Below are positions 54,313 to 64,000 of a DNA stretch of 64,000 nucleotides, piece after piece. The notes below the pieces were generated by a model. That model did not search any database and was not told the DNA's origin. It was given only the letters and a program-made list of their open reading frames with translations. Within the stretch, counting starts at the first letter, position 1. The number at the start of each line of letters is the position of its first letter. The position numbers were made by a program, and so were the translations under genes. The DNA comes from an uncultured Bacteroidaceae bacterium (GTDB lineage: Bacteria > Bacteroidota > Bacteroidia > Bacteroidales > Bacteroidaceae). Location of the stretch: contig CALUJO010000001.1 of assembly GCA_944320965.1 (NCBI GenBank), positions 11,458-75,457 of the forward strand, written 5' to 3'.

Positions 54313-56397
54313 TTAAAACTTGATTGTAAGACTTATTCCTATGTCCGATCTTATGTTTCCTGATATTTCTTCGGGTCCCGAGCCTATCGTTTCCCTGTCT
54401 TCAAACACTGTTGCGGTATATCTTGCCGCAACGGTTATAAACTTTTTGAAGTCATATCTTATTACTCCAGCGAAATACATTCCCTTCCCGTAAACAGACG
54501 GAAAATAAAACTGGTAGGGCAGATTCTTTGTTGTTATGTAAATCCTTGAATCATAACTGTTTGTATCGAAAAGTGAATACGCAGCGCTTATCTGCATCGG
54601 GAAGGTTGGCAGTTTGTAACTGAAGTTCTGTGTAAGTGCAAACCCACTGTTCTTTTTAAGGTTTTCAACATTGAAGAATGTGTAATCAACATAAGTTTTA
54701 AGTGTGAATATATTGTTAAGGCTGTATCCGCAGTAAAGTCGCAGTTTGTTGTTCTTTCTGTTGTAGGTTTCTTTTACGGATTTTTCGTCAGTATAGTTGT
54801 ATTCGCTTTTTCTGTATCTGTAGTCCAGGTAGAAACTCAGATTATAGCCTGGAGTAACTGTAATTCTTGAATTCAGTTCTTCGCCTGATGAAGGCTTGTC
54901 AACATTGTATTTCAGCCACGGATGTCTGTAGCTGTCAAACGTAATGTATAGCTTTATTAGTGACGAAATAGTGCTTTCTGCCCCTAAGAATATTCCGGAT
55001 TCATTCTGTACTCTGCCGCCTGAGGCAAACGACGATGAATTGAGTGATGAGTACTGTTTGTCATAATATCTGTGGAGGATAAAGAATCTCAATCCGTTTA
55101 TGGGATAGAATGTGATGGAATTAAGCGTGGCTATGTGTCCTTTCGAGTCTGTTGCGGTTTCTCCTCCCAAAAATATATTCTTCCATCTCAGGTTGTATGA
55201 AAGGCTTGCATTGAAGAATTCTTTCCCCGAAGGGTAATATATGTTGTATATTCTTTCATCAGGTTTCAACATTCTGTTTAATATGTTATAAACAGCGGTT
55301 AATTCAATGTTGAAAAAGCTGCTGTTATATTTTATATTACTGCCAATCAGATTGTTGTTTACCTTGTTTCTTGCTGCAATGTCCCTTTCAAGCCGGTGGT
55401 ATCCGTCCTTTTTCAACGATGAAACCAACCCATTATCAACAACACCATCCATCTTTCTGAATGAATAGAACATACTCAGGTCAAAGCCTTTTATCCTTGC
55501 CGTTCCCGCTATTCCGTGCAGGTAATTCACTTCGTCGGTTGAAGAGTGTTTCTTTATCCCACTGCCCTTCCCTATGATGTTTGCCATGTATATGCTTTTC
55601 CCCATGTAGAAGTCATTGCTTAACACAAGTCCTTTTCCGAAGCTTGCCTTGTAGTTTCCTGCTGCAAGTGTCTTTATCCATTTATAATCGGACAGATAGA
55701 AATGGAAAGAATAATGATCATATCCTTTGCGGTTGGTGTTTCTGAAGAATTCTTCGCCAGGGTCTTTTTCGGTTGTGAATCCTATGCTAAGATTGTCTTT
55801 GTACGAAAATCTGTATCTGACAGAAGAATATGCCGGCGAGCCTATATAATAGCTTCCAGGAAATTGTTTACGGATTGAATCGCTTACATTGCTATATCCT
55901 TTCTTTTGTTCAATACCTGTTGAAAACCTGCTTGAAAACTCATTCTTTCCGTATTTGAACATATCTTTAATTCTTTTGCTGTCAGTGTGTTCAATGCCTT
56001 TATCAACAGTAACAAACATTGTTAGCAATTGTATTGTTGAAATGTCAATATCCTCAACAAGCCTCAGCTCGTTCAGTGAATGCATCCTGCCGTAGGTGTA
56101 TATATAGAACAGTATGTTTTCAACCTGCAGAGGTGAAAGAAAGGGAAACTGTTCAAGCTGTTCCTGTGTGGCTGTATTTATGTCGATAGGATTTTCGGCA
56201 AGGTATGAAAGGTTTTCCTTCAGTTCTTCCACAGCCTGAATATCCTCTTCTTCAAAACTGGTGAACTGTTCTATAATATCGTCAATTGTATATGTTGAAA
56301 ACCTCTCCTGTGCAAACATGTTTTCAACATTGCATATAATTGAAACAATGACAGTTAACAATGTTATAAACAAATGTGTTGATTTCGTTCTTTTCAT
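54313..56397 (-). CDS. outer-membrane beta-barrel protein with N-terminal ComEA-like helix-hairpin-helix domain
   Basis: It has a signal peptide. The HhH segment is INTATQEQLEQFPFLSPLQVENILFYIYTYGRMHSLNELRLVEDI. About 500 aa of beta-barrel-like sequence follow, ending in the beta-signal ...ISLTIKF. Confidence 0.6.
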   Translation of the reverse strand: MKRTKSTHLFITLLTVIVSIICNVENMFAQERFSTYTIDDIIEQFTSFEEEDIQAVEELKENLSYLAENPIDINTATQEQLEQFPFLSPLQVENILFYIYTYGRMHSLNELRLVEDIDISTIQLLTMFVTVDKGIEHTDSKRIKDMFKYGKNEFSSRFSTGIEQKKGYSNVSDSIRKQFPGSYYIGSPAYSSVRYRFSYKDNLSIGFTTEKDPGEEFFRNTNRKGYDHYSFHFYLSDYKWIKTLAAGNYKASFGKGLVLSNDFYMGKSIYMANIIGKGSGIKKHSSTDEVNYLHGIAGTARIKGFDLSMFYSFRKMDGVVDNGLVSSLKKDGYHRLERDIAARNKVNNNLIGSNIKYNSSFFNIELTAVYNILNRMLKPDERIYNIYYPSGKEFFNASLSYNLRWKNIFLGGETATDSKGHIATLNSITFYPINGLRFFILHRYYDKQYSSLNSSSFASGGRVQNESGIFLGAESTISSLIKLYITFDSYRHPWLKYNVDKPSSGEELNSRITVTPGYNLSFYLDYRYRKSEYNYTDEKSVKETYNRKNNKLRLYCGYSLNNIFTLKTYVDYTFFNVENLKKNSGFALTQNFSYKLPTFPMQISAAYSLFDTNSYDSRIYITTKNLPYQFYFPSVYGKGMYFAGVIRYDFKKFITVAARYTATVFEDRETIGSGPEEISGNIRSDIGISLTIKF

Positions 56398-56407
56398 TGT
56401 TTTTCTG

Positions 56408-57223
56408 TTAGAAAGAATAATTTACCCCGCACATATATTCAAGTCCGAGAGTATTGTGGTATTTTGCTCCTAAATTTATTGAAAATGCTTTCAGATTTAT
56501 CCCTATCCCGAATGTCGGTATGAAAGGTTTGGCTATGATTCCCATTCTTATTGCAAGTTCCTTTATGGGCATGTATTCGGCACCTGCCTTGTAATAAACT
56601 TCTTCGGATATGCTTTTTTCCACTTCACAGGTTAGTAACAATGTTGATAAAGGTTTATAACTTATTCCTGTTGCAATCATTACAGGAAGCTTTTCCATTG
56701 ATTTTCCCTTGATTATACCTTTCCTGACAGGATTGTTTATAACCAGACCGATTGTTAGTTTCTCTGTTGGTTTTATCAACATTCCTATGTCTGCGGTAAT
56801 TGCATGGACATTGTTTTCCATACTGTACATCTGCCAGAAAAGATAGTTTATTCTTATCCCGAGCGCTATATGTTTTGACAGTTGTCTGTTGAAATAGATG
56901 CTTGCCTTGTTCTCATTGTATGCGTTCATCCCGAAACGTGAAATGTATATCCCTGTATTCAATATCCTGTTATTGTACATGCCAAAACAGGAATAGGTTG
57001 AAAGTTCTTTCATTCCGTAACGGTTGATATAGTTTGCTGCAATTGTTGATTTTGTTTCAAATGCATAGCCCGAAGGGTTGCCTGCCGAACATATTGCTGT
57101 GTATGCTTTTCCCATGGACCATGAACGGATATCGGCATACGAAAACAGGTCTTCTGCATACATCATTTTGGGAGATATAAACAGTATTGTCAGTAATATG
57201 GAGAGGTACAGGGTGTTTTTCAT
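56408..57223 (-). CDS. small outer-membrane beta-barrel protein (PorV/PorQ/FadL-like feel, tentative)
   Basis: Signal peptide, N-terminal IRSWSMGKAYTAI pattern, alternating strands, and C-terminal ...GVNYSF. Confidence 0.45.
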   Translation of the reverse strand: MKNTLYLSILLTILFISPKMMYAEDLFSYADIRSWSMGKAYTAICSAGNPSGYAFETKSTIAANYINRYGMKELSTYSCFGMYNNRILNTGIYISRFGMNAYNENKASIYFNRQLSKHIALGIRINYLFWQMYSMENNVHAITADIGMLIKPTEKLTIGLVINNPVRKGIIKGKSMEKLPVMIATGISYKPLSTLLLTCEVEKSISEEVYYKAGAEYMPIKELAIRMGIIAKPFIPTFGIGINLKAFSINLGAKYHNTLGLEYMCGVNYSF

Positions 57224-57397
57224 ATAAGTGTAAATTATTATGCTACCATACTGTCAGGTTATTTAAATATGATATACAGTATATTATGCCTTTCCGTATG
57301 TAGCAAATGTAATAAAATATTGTTTAACATAAATGGTTTTGAATGATTATTTGTGAGTTAATTGTTTAAAAAACAGCTTATTTAATTTCTTTATTAA

Positions 57398-57405
57398 TAA
57401 CTTTG
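57398..57405 (+). promoter_or_regulatory. -7 promoter box for lrgAB
   Basis: TAACTTTG, 44 nt upstream of the ATG at 57449. Confidence 0.45.
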
Positions 57406-57448
57406 CAGCCGATTAGAGGATAAAAAATTGTTCTAAATTTATAGTAGT

Positions 57449-57799
57449 ATGATAAGACAGTGTTCCATTCTTTTCGGTTGCCTTGCTCTTGGTGAATTGA
57501 TAGTGTGGCTGACCGGAATAAAATTGCCTTCAAGTGTGATAGGCATGTTGTTGCTGACTCTTTTCCTTAAACTCGGAATTCTCAAGCTTGAATGGGTAAG
57601 AGGGATAAGCGATTTCCTTGTAGCAAACCTTGGATTCTTTTTTGTTCCTTCGAGTGTTGCCCTTATGCTTTGCTTTGACATAATAAAGGCAGAGCTGTTG
57701 CCTATAATAGTATCAACGGTTGCCAGCACCGCTCTTGTACTTGTATTTACCGGCTGGACTCATCAAATCATGCGCAAAAATGGATTACTTAGAAAATAA
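57449..57799 (+). CDS. lrgA: CidA/LrgA family holin-like protein
   Basis: 116 aa with 4 TM helices. It lies directly upstream of, and overlaps, an LrgB-like gene. Confidence 0.75.
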   Translation: MIRQCSILFGCLALGELIVWLTGIKLPSSVIGMLLLTLFLKLGILKLEWVRGISDFLVANLGFFFVPSSVALMLCFDIIKAELLPIIVSTVASTALVLVFTGWTHQIMRKNGLLRK

Positions 57800-58475
57800 A
57801 TACTTTCTTATTGCCCTTACATTCATTGTATTCTATCTGGCAAAACTGTTGCAGAAAAAGACAGGTCTGGTAATATTGAACCCGATTCTTGTTACAATGA
57901 TTCTGCTTATTTCATTCCTTGAAGTTTCTGATATAGATTATGAAACCTATTATGAAGGCGGAAAGTTTATAGAATTCTGGCTAAAGCCTGCTGTTGTAGC
58001 TCTTGGAGTACCTCTTTACCTGCAGCTTGAATCAATAAAAAAACAGCTTGTACCCATACTTGTTTCACAGCTCGTGGGATGTGTTGTCGGTATTGTTTCG
58101 GTTGTACTGATTGCAAAGTACATGGGTGCGTCTACTCCTGTAGTTGTTTCACTGGCAGCAAAATCAGTGACTACGCCTATAGCAATGGAAGTAACTCAGG
58201 CTCTTGGCGGAATACCTGCACTTACTGCTGCTATTGTTGTCTGTGTGGGCATATTCGGAGCGCTGTTCGGGTTTAAGGTTCTTACATGGGGAAAGGTAGG
58301 CAGCCCGATAGCGCAGGGATTGTCAATGGGTACTGCATCGCATGCCGTCGGAACTTCGGCAGCAATGGAAGTAAGCGGAAAATACGGAGCTTTTGCAAGC
58401 CTCGGTCTGACAATAAACGGTATCCTGACTGCATTGCTCACTCCTATAGTAATGGAACTGCTGGGATTGCTTTGA
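57780..58475 (+). CDS. lrgB: LrgB family protein
   Basis: Start is set at ATG 57780 (MDYLENKYFLIAL...). It is polytopic with LrgB-like segments (SVTTPIAME, GTASHAVGT). Confidence 0.75.
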   Translation: MDYLENKYFLIALTFIVFYLAKLLQKKTGLVILNPILVTMILLISFLEVSDIDYETYYEGGKFIEFWLKPAVVALGVPLYLQLESIKKQLVPILVSQLVGCVVGIVSVVLIAKYMGASTPVVVSLAAKSVTTPIAMEVTQALGGIPALTAAIVVCVGIFGALFGFKVLTWGKVGSPIAQGLSMGTASHAVGTSAAMEVSGKYGAFASLGLTINGILTALLTPIVMELLGLL

Positions 58476-58536
58476 TTGTTGAAATAATGTATATAAGATA
58501 ATATTGTCACAGCTATTCATTAAGCGGATATTTGCG

Positions 58537-58544
58537 TATCTTTG
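58537..58544 (+). promoter_or_regulatory. -7 promoter box for mutS
   Basis: TATCTTTG, 22 nt upstream of the ATG at 58566. Confidence 0.45.
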
Positions 58545-58565
58545 TAGACTTTGCATTTACAAATT

Positions 58566-61202
58566 ATGAAGAAAGAAACTGTAAATATGGCCAATGATGT
58601 TGTAATGACGCCGATGATGAAGCAATACTTCGACCTGAAGCAGAAGCATCCGGATGCGGTATTGCTGTTCCGTTGCGGTGACTTTTATGAAACATATTCG
58701 CAGGATGCCGTAATTGCATCCGAAATACTTGGAATAACTCTGACGAAACGTGCGAACGGTAAGGAAAAAACTGTTGAAATGGCAGGTTTTCCTCACCATG
58801 CGCTTGACACATATCTTCCAAAGCTGATAAGGGCAGGAAAGCGTGTAGCAATATGTGACCAGCTTGAAGACCCGAAGACAACCAAGAAACTTGTAAAGCG
58901 AGGTATAACCGAACTTGTCACTCCCGGCGTTTCAATAAACGACAATATCCTTAACCACAAGGAAAACAATTTCCTTGCTGCCATATATTTTGCAAAGCCT
59001 AACCTTTGCGGTGTCTCTTTTCTTGATATATCTACCGGTGAATTTCTTCTTGCCGAAGGAGATACCGACCATATAGACAAGCTTCTGAACAATTTTTCGC
59101 CAAAGGAAATACTGTTTGAGCGAAACAAAAGAGCGATGTTTGAAGGGGCTTTCGGCACAAAACATATAACTTTTGAACTTGACGACTGGGTATTTACCGA
59201 AACAACAGCGATGGAACGTCTGCTGAAGCACTTTGAAGTAAACAATCTCAAAGGCTTCGGGGTAGAAAAGCTTAAGAACGGTATCATTGCTTCGGGGGCA
59301 ATCCTTGAGTATCTGATAATGACCCAGCACACAAATACAAGGCATATAACTTCATTACGCCGTATTGAGGAAGACAAGTACGTGCGTCTTGACAAGTTCA
59401 CCATAAGGAGTCTTGAGCTGTTGCAGGGCATGAACGAGGAAGGATTGAGCCTGCTTCAGGTTATCGACAAGACAATAACTGCAATGGGGGCCCGTATGCT
59501 TAAACGCTGGATGGTCTTCCCGTTAAAGGAGGTAAAGCCGATAAACGACAGATTACAGATTGTAGGTTTCCTAAAGGACAATATGCAATTGCGCGAGGAG
59601 ATTGAAGACAATCTTCATCTCATAGGTGACCTTGAAAGAATAATTTCAAAGGCCGCCGTAGGAAGAATATCACCTCGTGAAGTTGTCCAGCTGAAAGTTG
59701 CATTGAAGGCTATAGAGCCTATAAAGTTTGCCTGCAAGAATTCCGGAAACGAGAGCCTGCAAAGACTGAGCGACATGCTCAATGTGTGCGAAACCATACG
59801 TGACCGTATAGAAAAGGAAATAGTCAATGACCCTCCGCTTCTTACAAACAAGGGAGGCATAATAAAGGAAGGTGTCGACAGCGAGCTTGACGAACTCCGC
59901 AAGATTGCATATTCCGGTAAAGACTTCCTTTTGCAGATACAGAAACGTGAGAGCGATGAAACAGGAATCCCGAGTCTGAAAATAGGATACAACAATGTTT
60001 TCGGTTACTATATTGAAGTGCGTAATACACATAAGGAAAAGGTTCCGGCAAACTGGATAAGAAAACAGACGCTTGTCAATGCTGAAAGATACATAACCGA
60101 AGAATTGAAAGAATACGAGGAAAAGATACTTGGGGCTGAAGACAAGATTCTTATTCTTGAAAACAGGATATATAACGAGCTTGTAGTCGCTTTGTCCGAC
60201 TTTATTCCTACTATACAGGTCAATGCAAATGTCATAGCAAAGATTGACTGTCTGCTTTCGTTTGCCAACGTGGCAATAGAGAACAATTATGTCTGTCCTG
60301 AGGTTGTTGACAATGATGTGCTTGACATCAGACAGGGACGTCACCCTGTAATTGAGAAACAGCTTCCGCTTGGCGAGACATATGTTGCAAATGACGTCTA
60401 TCTTGATACGGAAACACAGCAGATAATAATCATAACAGGACCGAACATGGCGGGTAAGTCTGCTTTGCTGCGTCAGACGGCTCTTATAGCACTTATGGCA
60501 CAGATAGGTTCTTTCGTACCGGTACAAAGCGCAAAGATTGGTATTGTTGACAAGATATTTACACGTGTTGGGGCAAGCGACAATATCTCTTTGGGCGAAT
60601 CAACCTTTATGGTTGAGATGAACGAGGCGGCCAATATCCTGAACAATGTATCTCCGCGCAGTCTTGTTCTGTTTGACGAGCTTGGACGAGGAACATCAAC
60701 TTACGATGGAATAAGCATAGCCTGGGCTATAGTTGAATATCTTCATGAAAACCGCCGTGCACATCCGCGTACTCTTTTTGCCACTCATTATCATGAGTTG
60801 AATGAAATGGAAAAATCGTTTGGCAGAATAAAGAATTTCAACGTATCTGTACGCGAAGTTAACGGTAAGGTCATATTCCTGCGCAAACTTGTTCCGGGCG
60901 GAAGCGAGCATTCCTTCGGTATTCATGTTGCAAAACTTGCCGGAATGCCAAGAACAATTGTAGAGCGTGCCGACGAGATTCTTGCCAGACTTGAAAGCGA
61001 TAACGTAAAACAGAATCTTGGTACAAAGGAGAAACTGAAATCGCAATCGGAGCAGACAAGAGGTATGCAGCTCAGTCTTTTCCAGCTTGAAGATCCGGTT
61101 CTCTCTCAGTTGCGCGACGACATCCTGGCTATTGATGTAAACAGTATGACTCCGCTTGAGGCTCTTTACAAGCTGAACGAGCTGAAGAAAATGCTGAAAT
61201 AG
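58566..61202 (+). CDS. mutS: DNA mismatch repair protein MutS
   Basis: N-terminal [28 protein letters not shown], Walker A GPNMAGKS, and [12 protein letters not shown]. The start is set at ATG 58566 because the track start at 58551 would sit at the predicted transcription start. Confidence 0.92.
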   Translation: MKKETVNMANDVVMTPMMKQYFDLKQKHPDAVLLFRCGDFYETYSQDAVIASEILGITLTKRANGKEKTVEMAGFPHHALDTYLPKLIRAGKRVAICDQLEDPKTTKKLVKRGITELVTPGVSINDNILNHKENNFLAAIYFAKPNLCGVSFLDISTGEFLLAEGDTDHIDKLLNNFSPKEILFERNKRAMFEGAFGTKHITFELDDWVFTETTAMERLLKHFEVNNLKGFGVEKLKNGIIASGAILEYLIMTQHTNTRHITSLRRIEEDKYVRLDKFTIRSLELLQGMNEEGLSLLQVIDKTITAMGARMLKRWMVFPLKEVKPINDRLQIVGFLKDNMQLREEIEDNLHLIGDLERIISKAAVGRISPREVVQLKVALKAIEPIKFACKNSGNESLQRLSDMLNVCETIRDRIEKEIVNDPPLLTNKGGIIKEGVDSELDELRKIAYSGKDFLLQIQKRESDETGIPSLKIGYNNVFGYYIEVRNTHKEKVPANWIRKQTLVNAERYITEELKEYEEKILGAEDKILILENRIYNELVVALSDFIPTIQVNANVIAKIDCLLSFANVAIENNYVCPEVVDNDVLDIRQGRHPVIEKQLPLGETYVANDVYLDTETQQIIIITGPNMAGKSALLRQTALIALMAQIGSFVPVQSAKIGIVDKIFTRVGASDNISLGESTFMVEMNEAANILNNVSPRSLVLFDELGRGTSTYDGISIAWAIVEYLHENRRAHPRTLFATHYHELNEMEKSFGRIKNFNVSVREVNGKVIFLRKLVPGGSEHSFGIHVAKLAGMPRTIVERADEILARLESDNVKQNLGTKEKLKSQSEQTRGMQLSLFQLEDPVLSQLRDDILAIDVNSMTPLEALYKLNELKKMLK

Positions 61203-61244
61203 CATAGTAAATTTGTTATTATTTCAAGAGTAATTAAATATGTT

Positions 61245-61285
61245 AAGGTGCAGCAAATATTGGATTTTGCTGCACCTTTTCTTTT
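61245..61285 (+). terminator. intrinsic terminator after mutS
   Basis: 13-bp stem AAGGTGCAGCAAA/TTTGCTGCACCTT followed by TTCTTTT. Confidence 0.8.
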
Positions 61286-61373
61286 ACTCTATAATTTCTT
61301 CACTATATCTTCATTAGAAAAATGGTTAACATATTTTATAATATGTTTAATATTTACTGAAACTTAAAATACA

Positions 61374-61381
61374 TACATTTG
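61374..61381 (+). promoter_or_regulatory. -7 promoter box for the B12 riboswitch and btuB operon
   Basis: TACATTTG, immediately upstream of the riboswitch. Confidence 0.45.
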
Positions 61382-61387
61382 CACCGC

Positions 61388-61590
61388 ATTGGTTCGTACA
61401 GTCCGTTTACGGACTTACGATTAAAAGGGAATCAGGTGAGAATCCTGAACAATCCCGTTGCTGTATGTTTCATTCAATGTAGCAGACAAATACTCTTGCC
61501 ACTGAAGAGAAAATCTTTGGGAAGGCGTCTGCCAACAGAAACGAGTCAGAAGACCTGCCATGCAACATAAGTTCAATAGCTTTCGAGGAT
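61388..61590 (+). promoter_or_regulatory. cobalamin (B12) riboswitch
   Basis: Conserved core AAAAGGGAATCAGGTGAGAATCCTGAACAATCCCGTTGCTGT, B12 box GCCACTG at 61498-61504, GGGAAGGC, and AGTCAGAAGACCTGCC. It lies between a TAnnTTTG promoter box and a btuB-like gene. Confidence 0.8.
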
Positions 61591-61723
61591 AAAGGCTGTG
61601 AATCGGGATAATTGGCAAAACAGGCTGATTTGTTTTTGGATGTTTGCCGGTATATGCTTATCCACACATATTTATATTCTTTGAGGCTATTTGGTAAGTT
61701 TATAATTATCAAATAGGATAGGA

Positions 61724-63730
61724 ATGAAGTATTATTACGTTAGGTTTCTGGTATGTATGGCCATTTGTCTGTCGTTTTGTACAGTGTTGACTGCCCAGAA
61801 CAGGCTTGACAGCATACAGATATTGGATGAAGTAGTTGTCACTGCAAAGTCTTACAGGGAAGTTATTCCCGCTCAGCGTCTTTCAGGCAAGGAGCTTGAA
61901 TCGTTGAATTCGCACAGTATTGCAGATGCCCTCAGATATTTTTCAGGTGTCCAGATAAAGGATTACGGTGGTGTAGGAGGAATAAAGACCGTAAACATAC
62001 GAAGTATGGGTACAAACCATATAGGTGTTTTCTATGATGACATACAGTTGGGCAATGCACAGAACGGACAAATTGACCTCGGGCAGTATTCTTTGGACAA
62101 TATAGAAGAGATATCATTGTTCAACGGTCAGAAAAGTGACATATTCCAGTCAGCGAAAGATTTCAGTTCTGCCGGTTCCATCTATCTCAGGACAAGAAAG
62201 CCTGAGTTTTCCTATGGCAAGGTTTACAATCTTAAAGGCAATCTTCGTTTCGGTTCTTTCGGCGTACTGAATCCTTCGGCTCTTGTTGAATTGAAGTTGT
62301 CGGAGAATATGAGTCTTTCTCTTAATACCGAATGGCTTAAAGGGAACGGAAAGTACAAGTTCAGATACAGGCGTGTAAATCCGGCAGGCGAGATTGCTTA
62401 TGACACAACAGCAGTAAGACAGAATGGGGACATCAATGCCACAAGGCTTGAATTGGGAATGAACCAGAGATTCAATACAGGGGAATGGAGTCTGAAAGCC
62501 TATAATTACAATTCTGAACGTGGCGTACCCGGAGCCATTGTAAACAATGTTTGGAGGAGAGGTGAGCGTATATGGGACACGAATTCATTTGTCCAAGCGT
62601 CCGGACAAAAGGATTTCGGAAGAAATATAAAGACTCAACTAAAGGCAAAGTATGCCCATTACAGGACACATTATGTAAACAATGACGACAAACAGATAAA
62701 GGTTGATAATCTTTACAAGCAGAAAGAGTTTTATTCGTCTTTATCGGCAATGGCAGGAATATTGCCCAATTGGGATGTTTCTGTTGCATATGATTTCCAA
62801 TGGAACAGTCTTGAATCAGATATGTGGGGATTTGTATGGCCTGTAAGATATACAAATATGGTTTCTGCTGCTACTGCTTTCAAATGGAAGGGGCTGAAGA
62901 TGCAGGCAAGCGGTGTCGGTATTTTTGTAAATGACAAAGTAAGGGAACAGCAGGCTCCGCCTCCCAAGAATGTTTTTGTTCCGGCTTTTTTTGCTTCATA
63001 CCAGCCTTTTGAAAAGCATGACTTTACATTGCGCGCTTATGTAAAGGAAAGTTTCAGAATGCCCACATTCAATGACCTGTATTATGCTGATATGGGAAAT
63101 GCACAACTCAATCCGGAAACAGCTTATCAGTACAATGTCGGAACTGCATATAACAGAAAAAACAGTAAAGGCTTTTTCAGGAACATAAAGTTTCAGGGCG
63201 ATGTTTACTATAATTATGTCGACAATAAGATTATTGCCTATCCCAAGGGACAGCAGTTCAGATGGACAATGCTTAATTTGGGAAAGGTTGATATAAGAGG
63301 AATTGATGTATCTGCGCAAACAACAATGGCACTATTCAGAGAACTTATGATGACGGTACGTGCCCAATATACCTATCAGAGAGCTATTGATATAACAAAT
63401 CCTGAGGATAATTATTACAGGCATCAGATTCCTTATATCCCTTGGCACAGCGGTTCTGCCGTTGTAAATCTTTCATACCGTACTTTAATGTTGAACTACA
63501 GTTTTATATATGTGGGTGAAAGATACAATCAGCAGGAAAACATAAGGTATAACAATACCCAGCCCTGGTACACAAGTGACGTATCGCTTACTTACGGTTT
63601 CAGGATAAACAGGGTTTCATCAAAGGTATGTCTTGAAGTAAACAATCTGTTCAGTCAGGACTATGATGTTATCCTTAACTATCCTATGCCCAAACGTAAT
63701 TACCGTGCAACTTTAACCATTGAAATATGA
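61724..63730 (+). CDS. btuB: TonB-dependent vitamin B12 receptor (BtuB-like)
   Basis: Signal peptide, then a plug domain with a TonB-box-like DEVVVTA, then a 22-strand-type barrel. It sits immediately downstream of the cobalamin riboswitch. Confidence 0.8.
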   Translation: MKYYYVRFLVCMAICLSFCTVLTAQNRLDSIQILDEVVVTAKSYREVIPAQRLSGKELESLNSHSIADALRYFSGVQIKDYGGVGGIKTVNIRSMGTNHIGVFYDDIQLGNAQNGQIDLGQYSLDNIEEISLFNGQKSDIFQSAKDFSSAGSIYLRTRKPEFSYGKVYNLKGNLRFGSFGVLNPSALVELKLSENMSLSLNTEWLKGNGKYKFRYRRVNPAGEIAYDTTAVRQNGDINATRLELGMNQRFNTGEWSLKAYNYNSERGVPGAIVNNVWRRGERIWDTNSFVQASGQKDFGRNIKTQLKAKYAHYRTHYVNNDDKQIKVDNLYKQKEFYSSLSAMAGILPNWDVSVAYDFQWNSLESDMWGFVWPVRYTNMVSAATAFKWKGLKMQASGVGIFVNDKVREQQAPPPKNVFVPAFFASYQPFEKHDFTLRAYVKESFRMPTFNDLYYADMGNAQLNPETAYQYNVGTAYNRKNSKGFFRNIKFQGDVYYNYVDNKIIAYPKGQQFRWTMLNLGKVDIRGIDVSAQTTMALFRELMMTVRAQYTYQRAIDITNPEDNYYRHQIPYIPWHSGSAVVNLSYRTLMLNYSFIYVGERYNQQENIRYNNTQPWYTSDVSLTYGFRINRVSSKVCLEVNNLFSQDYDVILNYPMPKRNYRATLTIEI

Positions 63731-64000
63731 TAAAAGACAGCAATAAGAAATACCGTCGTACCGGAGCATGCCTTTTGGTCTTTCTGTGCCTTGTATTTGT
63801 CTTTTCCTGCAGGAAGCTTGAAATAGTTGTTCCAACGGAATATGAAATAATCAGTGACAATACTTACAGCTCGTCTTCAAGTGTAAGGGGAATGTATCTG
63901 GTTAATGAGGGAAATATGGGAAGCAACAAATGCACCCTTGATTATCTTGATTATCCTACAATGCTTTATGCAAGAAATTTCTATGCTGAAAAGAATCCTA
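63727..64000 (+). CDS. lipoprotein, N-terminal part (YncE/DUF5074-like beta-propeller, BtuG-like context); continues past the window end
   Basis: Hand translation from ATG 63727 (ATGA overlap with the btuB stop): MIKDSNKKYRRTGACLLVFLCLVFVFSCRK...GMYLVNEGNMGSNKCTLDYLDY. This gives a lipobox Cys and a propeller-blade-like motif. Confidence 0.55.
   Translation, partial: MIKDSNKKYRRTGACLLVFLCLVFVFSCRKLEIVVPTEYEIISDNTYSSSSSVRGMYLVNEGNMGSNKCTLDYLDYPTMLYARNFYAEKNP

Overview
This 64-kb chromosomal window comes from a Bacteroidota genome. It looks Bacteroidales/Prevotella-like, judging by GH92, DUF2723, TonB-receptor/DUF4249 pairs, frequent TAnnTTTG -7 promoter boxes and few Shine-Dalgarno sites. G+C is roughly 40 % by hand sampling. 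I support about 52 protein genes, most of them on the minus strand. Most are housekeeping: purD, DPP-IV, queG, dprA, dusB, pnp, greA, ybeY, aqpZ, trkAH, pyrC-like, nadA, rnr, lrgAB and mutS. There is also one tRNA-Gln(UUG), one cobalamin riboswitch in front of a btuB-like receptor with a BtuG-like lipoprotein, and many intrinsic terminators. I saw no rRNA, CRISPR array, transposase or integrase. The stand-out is a 2.5-kb, very AT-rich block (about 17-20 % G+C in sampled lines) directly 3' of tRNA-Gln, at 35863-38355 on the minus strand. It holds four tightly coupled ORFs of unknown function: a lipoprotein, a short PD-(D/E)xK-like nuclease, a 3-TM protein, and a 2-TM protein with a soluble C-terminal domain. 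A candidate promoter and a roughly 260-nt structured leader precede it. I propose it as a candidate uncharacterised defence or abortive-infection-like cassette. Secondary observations are a riboswitch-like structured RNA near 40.8 kb, a terminator plus Shine-Dalgarno site in the greA leader, a dispersed repeat built from phased A-tract/T-tract units (13.8 kb and 53.3 kb), an orphan promoter with hairpins (possible sRNA) at 45.8 kb, and a ComEA-like HhH domain fused to an outer-membrane barrel. All family names come from motif recognition by eye. No database search was run.
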